DNA of 38,090 nt from a virus (lineage: Duplodnaviria > Caudoviricetes). The notes beneath the pieces were generated by a model that saw only the letters and a program-made list of their open reading frames with translations, did not search any database and was not told the origin of the DNA. The stretch spans positions 1-38,090 of IMG/VR virus record IMGVR_UViG_3300031576_000178; one strand, given 5' to 3'. Position numbers and translations under genes: made by a program. This document shows, in pieces, positions 1 through 8,078 of the stretch (positions within the stretch are counted from its first letter, which is position 1; every line of letters begins with the position of its first letter).

Positions 1-119
1 TAGCCGAGCGGCATAAGAGCACGCCGGGTTAGAGCGTGGTTGCCTAGGTGCGGGGAAGAGTCGAACAGTAAACCACGAGTTACCGGTTTAACTCGGCGGG
101 TGATTTGAAACCCTAACAC

Positions 120-150
120 TTGGTTGGGGGTTCGAGTCCCTCACGGCCTA
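120..150 (+). other. tRNA 3' half (T-arm, acceptor strand, discriminator A): probable attP core, tRNA-Lys-like
   Basis: GGGGG-TTCGAGT-CCCTC T-arm (126-142) then ACGGCCT-A; no matching 5' half found; about 300 nt downstream of the integrase across the junction. Lys identity is from remembered similarity only. Confidence 0.8.
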
Positions 151-153
151 CTA

Positions 154-185
154 GCTCGGCAGGCGGGGAAACTTGCCCGCCGAGC
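154..185 (+). terminator. GC-rich hairpin directly after the tRNA 3' end (possible replacement terminator for the reconstituted tRNA)
   Basis: GCTCGGC-AGGCGGG-GAAA-CTTGCCC-GCCGAGC; no U tract. Confidence 0.5.
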
Positions 186-289
186 GAAGACCTAGCTATT
201 CGGTTGTAAATGAACTTGCGTTGTCTTCTCCCCGTCAAGGTTTCAGACAGCGCCGGTGCGAAGCACCGGATGGTTAGGTCACGACGCGC

Positions 290-484
290 TCAGGCTTCTT
301 CGGCTTGGGCGCGTCGTCTTTTTTGCCAGGAATCGAATTCTTTTCGAGGAATGATGTAGGGCGAGGTGGCCTTGTTTGGGTCTAGCTTGCTAGCCTTGAT
401 ATTGCCACGCTCGATCTCGGCCACAATGTACCGGGTGGTCACGCCCTCTTCCTCAGCGGCTTGGGAGACAGTTAGATAGTCCAT
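290..484 (-). CDS. Small helix-turn-helix protein (HTH_17/excisionase-like), 64 aa
   Basis: YLTVSQAAEEEGVTTRYIVAEIERGNIKA pattern; next to attP; ATG at 484 preferred because it follows the promoter. Confidence 0.8.
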   Translation of the reverse strand: MDYLTVSQAAEEEGVTTRYIVAEIERGNIKASKLDPNKATSPYIIPRKEFDSWQKRRRAQAEEA

Positions 485-493
485 ACCGAATTG

Positions 494-521
494 AGAATAG
501 CACACTCGGAACAAGAGTCAA
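494..521 (-). promoter_or_regulatory. Sigma70-type promoter for the HTH gene, nearly leaderless
   Basis: TTGACT-16 nt-TATTCT on the minus strand; ATG 9 nt after the -10. Confidence 0.6.
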
Positions 522-549
522 GAAGCAATTTCAGAGGGAGGGCTAAGAC

Positions 550-1305
550 ATGAAGACCTTGCTTCGCGCCGTGGTGTACTACATGGGCGCGTCTTTTATT
601 GCTGGTGTGTGCTTCGTGATGGTATTCATGATTTGGTCAGGCGACGCAAGCAACCCGATTCAAACCCAAAGATCGAGCAATCCCTCAAGACCAACGGCTT
701 ACCCGACCCGCTCGTTTGATGCCTACAACGCACAACCGGCCCAGACTGTTGCAGAGAAGTTTGAAGATGGAGTTCGGCGTGCACGCCCAGATAATATGGT
801 GTATCCCTACCGTGATCAGATCAGAGTATCCACCGATGGCGGCGTGTTAATGTTTATTTTTCGGGGTGAGACCGAGGCGCTCGAGGAAGCCATGGACGTG
901 GCGGCAGAATTGATCTCCTATGGCGCGACTACAATTCTAAGTGAAGGGCTGCCCTACACGGAGGTTGTGTTTGCTTATCCCGGCCCTCAGCAAACGCACA
1001 TGTTTGTGTGGATCGAGGGCGGGGACGCGATCCGGGTTGTCGCCAGAGAGCCAGCGAAAGTGTGGGAATACATGCGTTCTGGCGTGGATTGGGGAAATGT
1101 TCCGCTAGAAGATCGCCCACAATCGGCGCCCGTAGAGTTGCCAGTGTGCGATTGCTCAGGGAACGTCTATCAGTGTAGAGACTTCGCGCGACAAAGCGAT
1201 GCGCAAGCCTGCTACCAGTATTGTTTGCGCAAGGCTGGGGCGGCGGACGTGCATCAAATCGATACGGATGCTGATGGCATAGCGTGCGAGAGTCTTTCGC
1301 CGTGA
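550..1305 (+). CDS. Membrane-anchored protein with C-terminal Excalibur calcium-binding domain (moron)
   Basis: N-terminal hydrophobic helix; C-terminal C..F....AQ...DTDADGIACE (DxDxDGxxCE); GGAGG RBS; lower GC than the rest. Confidence 0.8.
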   Translation: MKTLLRAVVYYMGASFIAGVCFVMVFMIWSGDASNPIQTQRSSNPSRPTAYPTRSFDAYNAQPAQTVAEKFEDGVRRARPDNMVYPYRDQIRVSTDGGVLMFIFRGETEALEEAMDVAAELISYGATTILSEGLPYTEVVFAYPGPQQTHMFVWIEGGDAIRVVAREPAKVWEYMRSGVDWGNVPLEDRPQSAPVELPVCDCSGNVYQCRDFARQSDAQACYQYCLRKAGAADVHQIDTDADGIACESLSP

Positions 1306-1349
1306 CCAAAAAGACAAACCTGATCGCTTTTTTCGTACGATAGTGCAAC

Positions 1350-1377
1350 TTGACTTATTCCGAGTTGAGTATATAAT
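1350..1377 (+). promoter_or_regulatory. Strong sigma70-type promoter
   Basis: TTGACT-16 nt-TATAAT in AT-rich intergenic DNA. Confidence 0.75.
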
Positions 1378-1528
1378 ACTAATATAGAAATCGGCCCCGG
1401 CCAGTGTTATCACCACCGACCGAGGCCTGACCCACCCACTGAAGTAGCAGTGGAAGGGCTGACCCCGATTGTACCCCGGCACTCGCCGGCAACGGGCCGC
1501 CTTTCCACCCGGAAGGCGGCCCGTTTGC

Positions 1529-1951
1529 ATGGACAAGCGTTTGCTCCGTTCCCTCTCCAAAGTTGAACACACCCCGACCGGCTGCTGGCAATACACCGGC
1601 GGGCTGAACCGCGACGGCTACCCGCAGACCACGCGCCTGCTGCACCGCTTCGTGTATGAGTGCCTGGTCGGCCCCATCCCGGCCGGGCACGAGCTCGATC
1701 ACGTGTGCCGCAACCGCGCCTGCCTGAACCCGCTGCACCTGGAACCGGTGACCCACAAGGTCAACACCCTGCGGAGCAACGGCGTCACCGCCCTCAACGC
1801 CCGCAAGACCCACTGCCCGCACGGGCACGAATACACCGAGCGCAACACCTATCGTCACGCCGGGCGGCGCCGTTGCCGCACGTGCATGAACCAGAAGCGA
1901 TACGCGCGCGCCGTCCGGGCCCGCGCCCAGAAGAAAGGACTCTCAGCATGA
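1529..1951 (+). CDS. HNH endonuclease (HNH_3-like) with C-terminal Cys/His zinc module
   Basis: GCWQYTG..N.DGY, HRFVYE, LDHVCRNRACLNPLHLEPVTHKVN, THCPHGHEY...RRCRTC. Confidence 0.92.
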   Translation: MDKRLLRSLSKVEHTPTGCWQYTGGLNRDGYPQTTRLLHRFVYECLVGPIPAGHELDHVCRNRACLNPLHLEPVTHKVNTLRSNGVTALNARKTHCPHGHEYTERNTYRHAGRRRCRTCMNQKRYARAVRARAQKKGLSA

Positions 1952-2124
1952 ACAAGTCTGACCCGCACGCTTTGCTCGTCGGCGCGTACGTCCTGCGCTG
2001 GTTGGAGCGCAACGACGTGGCCGGCACGTATGCGCTCAGCCAGGCTGAGCAGGCCGCGCTGCTCAACCGCGCCCACGCCGTTGCCGCCCGCTTTGAGCGG
2101 ATTTATACTGGAGAGCAATCATGA
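1948..2124 (+). CDS. Hypothetical protein, 58 aa
   Basis: ATGA overlaps with both neighbours; AAGGA RBS. Confidence 0.6.
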   Translation: MNKSDPHALLVGAYVLRWLERNDVAGTYALSQAEQAALLNRAHAVAARFERIYTGEQS

Positions 2125-2546
2125 CCACGCCACCCTCCATCCCCCTGGCCACCCCCAGGTCACCCATCCCGGCGCCCCTCCAGACGGCCGCCCCCAATGG
2201 CCGCCCGCCCGCGCCCATCCCCAGCCCGTCCCAGATCCGCGCCGCCCGGCTGGAGATCAGTTACATCTCTGCCGCCGGCTTCGAGCACACGCTCATCCTA
2301 GAAGGCGAGAGCGGCCAGGCCCTGATCGAACTGGCCCACGCCGTGGACAAGCAACTGCTGAGCCGCAACTGCAAAGCGCGCGCGGCGAGCGCGCCCGCCA
2401 CTGCACCTGCACCGGCCAGCGCCGGGCAGGGGGCCGCGCCCAAGTGCAAGTATCACGGCGGCGTGATGAAGTTGGGCAAGGGCGGAAAGTACTTCTGCCC
2501 GAAGAAGGTGGACGGCGGCTACTGCGATTACACGGTGGCGGAGTAG
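2121..2546 (+). CDS. Hypothetical protein with C-terminal zinc-ribbon-like motif
   Basis: PKCKYHG...YFCPKK...YC; GGAG RBS; coupled start. Confidence 0.7.
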   Translation: MTTPPSIPLATPRSPIPAPLQTAAPNGRPPAPIPSPSQIRAARLEISYISAAGFEHTLILEGESGQALIELAHAVDKQLLSRNCKARAASAPATAPAPASAGQGAAPKCKYHGGVMKLGKGGKYFCPKKVDGGYCDYTVAE

Positions 2547-2658
2547 GCCATGATCGCACACTGTCGTGTTTCCATTTTCGAGACCTGGCTGTGCTACGCT
2601 GATCACGCTTCCTAATTTTCCAACTGGCGCATACACTGAAATAAGAAAGGATGACCCC

Positions 2659-2892
2659 ATGCGAAACAAAACCCATTACTTGAACCTCCTCGCCCAAAAC
2701 CCCTCCGCTCAAGTTGGTTTCACGCTCGCTGCCTCGGCTGTGTATGCGGCGCGGCATGGCAATTGCGACGACGCTGAGCGCGGCACGAACGAGTGGGCAG
2801 ACATCGCCCGCGACCTGAGGAAACGGTACGGCGAAAGTCTCGACGCTGACCAGGTGCGCGCTGAAATGGAACAACCCACAACGGGTGTATAA
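2659..2892 (+). CDS. Hypothetical protein, 77 aa
   Basis: AGAAAGGA RBS before ATG 2659; followed by a terminator. Confidence 0.6.
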   Translation: MRNKTHYLNLLAQNPSAQVGFTLAASAVYAARHGNCDDAERGTNEWADIARDLRKRYGESLDADQVRAEMEQPTTGV

Positions 2893-2922
2893 TACCGATC
2901 TAGTCTAGCCATGCTGGTTTTG

Positions 2923-2956
2923 TGCCGCCGCCCCGTGAAGAGGGGCGGTGGCATTT
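2923..2956 (+). terminator. Intrinsic terminator-like hairpin ending the HNH operon
   Basis: TGCCGCCGCCCC-GTGAAGA-GGGGCGGTGGCA-TTT. Confidence 0.65.
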
Positions 2957-2978
2957 AACCGGCCCCCGCCCCGCCCGA

Positions 2979-3090
2979 TTGACTCTCTCCCCCAACCGCT
3001 ATAGACTCTCATACGACCTGACAGAGTCGATGACACCGGGGTCTGCACCTGGCGCCTGCGCGCCACGTGCGGGCCCCGGCGTTTTATTTT
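2979..3090 (+). promoter_or_regulatory. Late promoter 1 with conserved 29-nt leader and long intrinsic terminator (attenuator)
   Basis: TTGACT-17-TAGACT; leader 3015-3043; stem CCGGGGTCTGCAC/GTGCGGGCCCCGG followed by CGTTTTATTTT; paralogous to 18678-18800. Confidence 0.8.
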
Positions 3091-3105
3091 CAAAGAGGCT
3101 CCTGC

Positions 3106-3549
3106 ATGACCCCCAACCCCATCACCGAACTTCTTAAGCGCCGTGAGACCATCGCCTTTATCGTGGCCACCCTAATGTCGGCCATCGCCGCAACCCAACT
3201 ACCGCAGCGCGCCGGCCTACCCCTCCCTGAAGCAGCGCTTGGTCAGCTCACCACCAGCGTCTGGCTGATCTTCGTGGGCTTCTTCGTCGAGGGCAAGTTC
3301 CGGGGCGCGGGCTACACCGGCGACCTTAAGACCGCCTTCACCTCCAGCCGCTTCCGACTCTTCTACGTGCAGGGCTTTGTACTGGTGGTCAACGCCTTTC
3401 TGCCGGAAGGCTTCAAGCTCCCCGAGGAAGCGCTGACCGGCCTGGGCCAGTTTGTGGTGGCCGGGGTGTTGGGCCTGACCACCGGCGACGTCGTCCAGAC
3501 TCTCCGCCTCACGCCTTCCATCAGCGGTGGCGGCCAGGCGCGTAGTTGA
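3106..3549 (+). CDS. Multi-pass membrane protein, holin-like, internally duplicated
   Basis: About 4 hydrophobic segments; LPEAALGQL and LPEEALTGL repeats; first gene of the late operon. Confidence 0.6.
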   Translation: MTPNPITELLKRRETIAFIVATLMSAIAATQLPQRAGLPLPEAALGQLTTSVWLIFVGFFVEGKFRGAGYTGDLKTAFTSSRFRLFYVQGFVLVVNAFLPEGFKLPEEALTGLGQFVVAGVLGLTTGDVVQTLRLTPSISGGGQARS

Positions 3550-3582
3550 CGCGCCCGAGCCGCGCCACCCGGCGCATGATGC

Positions 3583-3999
3583 GTGTTCACCGAGTCGGGC
3601 GCCATCGCCATTCTCCTGGCGGTCGTGGCGCTCTGGCTAGGTTTGAAATTAGCGAGCGTCCATCGCGAATACAACGCCAAGTTCGCTGAGCTGCGCAAGC
3701 AGCGCGAGATCGACGTCCGACAACACAGTATTGATGAGCAGGTGATCGCCCAGCTCGAAGACAAGAACGTCCAACTGCGCCTGGAAAAAGTGGCGTGTAT
3801 CGCCGAGAACAAGCAGTTGGAGAAACGGATCGTTGAACTGACCGAGGGCTCTGACCAAGTGAAGCACATGTGGGAAGAAATCCGGGCGCGGCGCGGCGAG
3901 CGACCGATCAGCATCGTCAACCAGAACACCGGCGGCGACTCGACCGTGGGCGGCGACGTGGCCGGACGCGACACGCGCCGCGAGACCGAGACCCCGTGA
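3583..3999 (+). CDS. Single-TM coiled-coil protein with C-terminal GGDVAGRD motif (lysis-cassette position)
   Basis: N-terminal TM, heptad-rich middle, tail ISIVNQNTGGDSTVGGDVAGRD. Confidence 0.7.
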   Translation: MFTESGAIAILLAVVALWLGLKLASVHREYNAKFAELRKQREIDVRQHSIDEQVIAQLEDKNVQLRLEKVACIAENKQLEKRIVELTEGSDQVKHMWEEIRARRGERPISIVNQNTGGDSTVGGDVAGRDTRRETETP

Positions 4000-4283
4000 T
4001 CACCAACGCCCAGGCCTTCCGCGCCCTCGACGTGGCGCTGCGCTGTGTGCAGATGCTAGCCGGCGACGTGCGCGCCCTGGAGGCGCTCACCTCGGACGAG
4101 ACGGTGACCGCCATCCTCGAGCGGCACGGCCTCGGCCCCAGCCAGATCGATCTCTTTCGCATGTGGGATCGGGTGCGCCAGGAGGCGGGCCAGGACACGC
4201 TGACCAAAACGATGCTGGTGTTGACTATGATGCGCGATGTCTTCCAGGGCCGCCCGGCGGACGAACCGGCGGTCTGGCCCTGA
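3996..4283 (+). CDS. Hypothetical protein
   Basis: GTG start overlapping the upstream stop (GTGA); GC3-rich codons. Confidence 0.65.
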   Translation: MITNAQAFRALDVALRCVQMLAGDVRALEALTSDETVTAILERHGLGPSQIDLFRMWDRVRQEAGQDTLTKTMLVLTMMRDVFQGRPADEPAVWP

Positions 4284-4286
4284 ACG

Positions 4287-4505
4287 ATGGATGACCCGGC
4301 CCTCACCCTGGCGCTGGCCACCCGCCTGGCGCGCTACCTCAACGTGGAGCAGACCATCAAACTGCTCGACCTGTTGGAGATGATCGAGACGACGGCCGGC
4401 GGTTATGGCGACGTCGCGATCGTGATGCAGGGCGGGCACGTGCGCTACCTGCGCCCGACGATGTCCGTGGACGTGACGCCGAAGCCGAAGCCCCGGCCCA
4501 CGTAA
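4287..4505 (+). CDS. Small DUF2292/YezD-like protein
   Basis: Helix followed by GYGDVAIVMQGGHVRYL, resembling the YG.V.I....G.V..I signature of DUF2292. Confidence 0.55.
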   Translation: MDDPALTLALATRLARYLNVEQTIKLLDLLEMIETTAGGYGDVAIVMQGGHVRYLRPTMSVDVTPKPKPRPT

Positions 4506-4605
4506 GCAGACGTTTGATTAGGGCCGATTTCAAAGGGGTATTCAAACGTGGTGAGGGCGCACACCGCCCTCATCCAGACCGGCTTTTTACGAGAGGCCGT
4601 GACCT

Positions 4606-4908
4606 ATGGCGAAGGATGGAACCCGACGCGGCGGCGCGCGCTCCGGCAGCGGCCGCAAGACCCGCGCGAGCACCCGGCTCAAGCAGCAGTTTCTAGCCCG
4701 GCAGCACAAGGCGGCGGAACAGGCCTTCGACCTGGTCGTGCGTACGATGCGCGGCCAGGCGAACGATTTAGGATTGAGAGTCGAGTGCGCCAAGCTGGTG
4801 ATGGATCGGGTGTATGGCAAACCCAAACAGGCCCTGCTGCTGGGATTGAGAGAGGAGACGCCAGGCGGAACATTGGAATGGACGGTCAAATTTTCCCGGC
4901 CCGATTAA
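4606..4908 (+). CDS. Probable terminase small subunit
   Basis: MAKDGTRRGGARSGSGRK N-terminus and MDRVYGKPKQ motif; directly upstream of TerL. Confidence 0.75.
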   Translation: MAKDGTRRGGARSGSGRKTRASTRLKQQFLARQHKAAEQAFDLVVRTMRGQANDLGLRVECAKLVMDRVYGKPKQALLLGLREETPGGTLEWTVKFSRPD

Positions 4909-4911
4909 GCG

Positions 4912-6354
4912 ATGCCCGACATTACCGTGCCCTGGTGGCCCCAGCCGCGCCAGGCCGAACTGATCCGGGCGGCCGGCCTGCTCGACACGCTGCGCACCGG
5001 CGCGCCGCCGCAGAAACCCCAGGCGCGCGTGATCGGGTACGGCGGTGCCGCGGGCGGGGGCAAGACCGACGCCGACCTGGGCCTCGCGTTCACCTGGGCC
5101 GCGGCCTACCCGGGCAGTCAGATTGCGTTCTTCCGCCGGACTTTCACCGAACTCGAAGGCCCGGACGGCGCCATTCAACGGGCGCACGAGCTGCTGGCCC
5201 CGCTCCGGCGCGCCGGCGCAGCGAAGTGGAACGGCGACAACCACCGCTGGACCTTCGCCTGGGGCAGCGTGCTTCAGTTTTGCCACTGCCAGACCGCCAA
5301 GGATGTATTCAACTATCAATCGGCGCGCTTCGACCTGCTCCTCATCGACGAGGCGACGCATTTTCCCTGGCCGATGGTGGACTACCTGATGACCCGCAAC
5401 GGCCCGACGGTGGACAGCGTGTTGCAACCGCTGGCCGTCTTCACCACCAACCCCGGCAATGTGGGGCACGGCTGGTACAAGACTCAATTTGTGGATGTGC
5501 GCCCGTGGGGTCAGCCGCACGACGTGCTCCTGCCCAGCGGCGAACCCGAGCGGCACATGTTCATCCTGGCCAAGCTGGACGACAACCCGATCCTCGACCG
5601 GCGCGCCAGCGGCGAGTATCGCCAGACCCTGAAGAAGCGTGATCCCGTGACCAAACAAGCGTTGCTCGACGCCGACTGGAATATCTTCATGGGCCAGGTC
5701 TTCAAAGAGTGGCGGGAGGATCGGCACATCATCAAGCCGATGGAACTGCCCGCGCACCATCCACGCTTCATGGGGATCGATTGGGGCTATGCCAGCCCGT
5801 TCGCCGCTTACTGGCGCGCCAAGGACCCGGACACCGGGCGGGTGTATGTGTATCGCGAGGCCTACGATGTGGGCTTGACCGATCGCCGGCAGGCTCGCCT
5901 GATCCGCGATATGACCCCGCCGCTGGAAAAGATAAGGCACCGTTACGCCGACCCGTCCATGTGGACCAAGCGCAACCAGGAGGATATGACCTTCTCGACC
6001 GCGGACGAGTACGCGGCGGAAGGGGTCTATCTCACCCGCGCGGACAACGACCGGCTGACGCGGGTGCGCAAGTTGCACACCCTGCTGGCCGATCTGCCGG
6101 ATGGCCGGCCCGGGCTGCTGGTCTTCCAGACCTGTGTGGAGTTGATCCGCACCCTGCCGGCGTTGGTGGCCGACCCGATCCGCCCGGAGGATGTGGACAC
6201 CGACGGCGAGGATCACGCCTACGACGCGCTGACCTATTCGCTGACTCCGGATCGGCCCGTGCCGCCGGGCAAAGACAAGGTGTTGGTCGTACACGACCCG
6301 CTCCTCGGGCGAGCACGCCGATCCGGGGATGGCCTCGGGAGCCGCGACCTATGA
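4912..6354 (+). CDS. terL: Terminase large subunit
   Basis: PQPRQ Q-motif, Walker A GGAAGGGKT, Walker B LLLIDEA, TTNPG, nuclease motifs GIDWG and DHAYDALTY. Confidence 0.96.
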   Translation: MPDITVPWWPQPRQAELIRAAGLLDTLRTGAPPQKPQARVIGYGGAAGGGKTDADLGLAFTWAAAYPGSQIAFFRRTFTELEGPDGAIQRAHELLAPLRRAGAAKWNGDNHRWTFAWGSVLQFCHCQTAKDVFNYQSARFDLLLIDEATHFPWPMVDYLMTRNGPTVDSVLQPLAVFTTNPGNVGHGWYKTQFVDVRPWGQPHDVLLPSGEPERHMFILAKLDDNPILDRRASGEYRQTLKKRDPVTKQALLDADWNIFMGQVFKEWREDRHIIKPMELPAHHPRFMGIDWGYASPFAAYWRAKDPDTGRVYVYREAYDVGLTDRRQARLIRDMTPPLEKIRHRYADPSMWTKRNQEDMTFSTADEYAAEGVYLTRADNDRLTRVRKLHTLLADLPDGRPGLLVFQTCVELIRTLPALVADPIRPEDVDTDGEDHAYDALTYSLTPDRPVPPGKDKVLVVHDPLLGRARRSGDGLGSRDL

Positions 6355-8078
6355 AAGACCTGACCGACATTCAACAGCGGGCGTCCACGCTGGTGGGCCT
6401 GTACTCGGGACGCGATGGGCTGTACGAAGAACTGCGCAAGATGTTCCACATGGAATGGAGCGACGAGCCCAAGGGCGACTGGATCAAAGCCACGATGGCG
6501 CCGTCGGCGCACAACGCCCTGCTGGGCGCGGTGCGGCTGATGATCTCGACTGCGCCGCAGTTCAACGTCGCCTATGACGAGGCCGACGCCGGCACCCGCG
6601 AGACCGCCAGCCAGATCGAGCAGGCGGCGCTGGCGATGTGGACGGGCAGCGGGCGGGCCACGCAGCGCCCGCCGCACTACGACCAGGTCTTCAGCGCGCT
6701 GATGTACGCCGAGATCTGCGCGGCCGTGACGCGCACGGCTGACCTGGTGAAGTATGCCGAAGGCTCCGGCGACAAAGCCCAGCGGGTGCGCATGAAACAC
6801 CTGGCGGTCGAGACGCCCTATCTGTTCACGACCTTCAACCCCGCCACCTGCTATGGGGATTTCGACCTGTACGGCCTGCGCGGGATGCTGCGCCGGACCA
6901 CGACCACCTGGGGCGAGGTGCAGGCGACCTGGGGAGCGTTGGTCCAGGACGACGGCCAACGCCGACCGGAAGAGAAGGTGGTGCTCAACGATTGGTACGA
7001 CTGGGCCGAGCGCGCCGTGTGGATGGATGGCGCTGACCCCATCTTCCATGCGGAGCACGGCCTGGCCTTCATGCCGGTGGTGGATCAACTGGTCGAGGGC
7101 ACCACACTCTTCGATCTGCCGGAGCGCCAGCGTCTCCCGTTCTTCTATGCGTTGCACAAGAGCGGGCTGTGGAAGCGCGAGAACCTGAGCCTGACCACGA
7201 TCTACTCACTCATCCACGCGCTGGGCTCCAACCCGTTGCTGGTGTACGAGACGGACGACCGGGATAACGCCCTGCTGATCGACCGCACCCTGCCCGGCGG
7301 GGTTCTTAAGATCAACAAGGGCGAAAGTCTGCGCTCGCTGGCCGAAGTCGTCGTCAACCCGGAGCTGTATCGCGGTCTGGAGATGGCGCAACGGCTCAAC
7401 GAAGAGAGCACCATCCCCAAGATGGCGCTGGGCGCGCCGCCTCAGCAGGCGCTGGCGTTCTCGGCGATCAGCCTGCTGGTGCAGAGCGGGCGCCTGCCCC
7501 TCATCACCACCAAACAACTGGGTGCGGAGGCCATCGCCAACCAGGTGCGCGCGGCCCTGGCCTGGTACAAGAGCGACCCACCCACCGGCATGAAGTTCTA
7601 CAACGCGCGCGGCGGCGCGATCCCGCTGCGGCCGGCCGACCTGCCCGAGCGCCTGGCCCTGCGCGTGAGCCTGGAGCCCGACCTGCCGACCGACAAGCTC
7701 CAGATGGCCAACACCGGCAACGCCCTGGCGGCCAGCGGCCTGGCCAGCACGCGCTGGGTGCGCGAGAACATCCTCAACATCGGCCAGTCGGAGGCGATGG
7801 ACAAGGAAATCTGGATGGAGAAACGGCTGCGCTTTGAGATCGAACGCCTGTTCCAGCAGTTGAACGCGCAAGACCAGCTGAAGCTCCAGCAGATGGCGGC
7901 GCAGATGCAGGCGGTGCAACAGGAGCGGAGTCAGGCGATGGCGCAAACCGTGGCCGAGAACGAGCCGGCCCAAGACCGGGCCAACGGCGGGCCGCCCCCC
8001 TCCCCCGTCCCGCCCGGCGGCGTCGGCGAGGGACAGCCGCTGAACGGGCCGCTGCCCCCTCGCTGGCAGGCGGGCTGA
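6351..8078 (+). CDS. Portal protein, 575 aa
   Basis: Follows TerL with ATGA overlap; portal-like size; Q/M-rich coiled-coil C-terminus. Confidence 0.8.
   Translation: MKDLTDIQQRASTLVGLYSGRDGLYEELRKMFHMEWSDEPKGDWIKATMAPSAHNALLGAVRLMISTAPQFNVAYDEADAGTRETASQIEQAALAMWTGSGRATQRPPHYDQVFSALMYAEICAAVTRTADLVKYAEGSGDKAQRVRMKHLAVETPYLFTTFNPATCYGDFDLYGLRGMLRRTTTTWGEVQATWGALVQDDGQRRPEEKVVLNDWYDWAERAVWMDGADPIFHAEHGLAFMPVVDQLVEGTTLFDLPERQRLPFFYALHKSGLWKRENLSLTTIYSLIHALGSNPLLVYETDDRDNALLIDRTLPGGVLKINKGESLRSLAEVVVNPELYRGLEMAQRLNEESTIPKMALGAPPQQALAFSAISLLVQSGRLPLITTKQLGAEAIANQVRAALAWYKSDPPTGMKFYNARGGAIPLRPADLPERLALRVSLEPDLPTDKLQMANTGNALAASGLASTRWVRENILNIGQSEAMDKEIWMEKRLRFEIERLFQQLNAQDQLKLQQMAAQMQAVQQERSQAMAQTVAENEPAQDRANGGPPPSPVPPGGVGEGQPLNGPLPPRWQAG

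Noticed and set aside
1-152. Intact tRNA, intron-split tRNA or tmRNA
   Set aside because: Only the T-arm and 3' acceptor strand are present. GGTTAGAGC at 27-35 lacks a D-stem partner, no 5' acceptor strand was found, and the end is not Ala-like
3018-3033. Hammerhead core or C/D-box K-loop in the twin leader (CTGA...GATGA)
   Set aside because: No CUGANGA plus GAAA core, and copy 2 has CCGA; the resemblance is too weak to call
5709-6350. N-terminal extension of the portal ORF (789-aa call)
   Set aside because: Overlaps TerL out of frame; ATG 6351 with ATGA coupling is the plausible start
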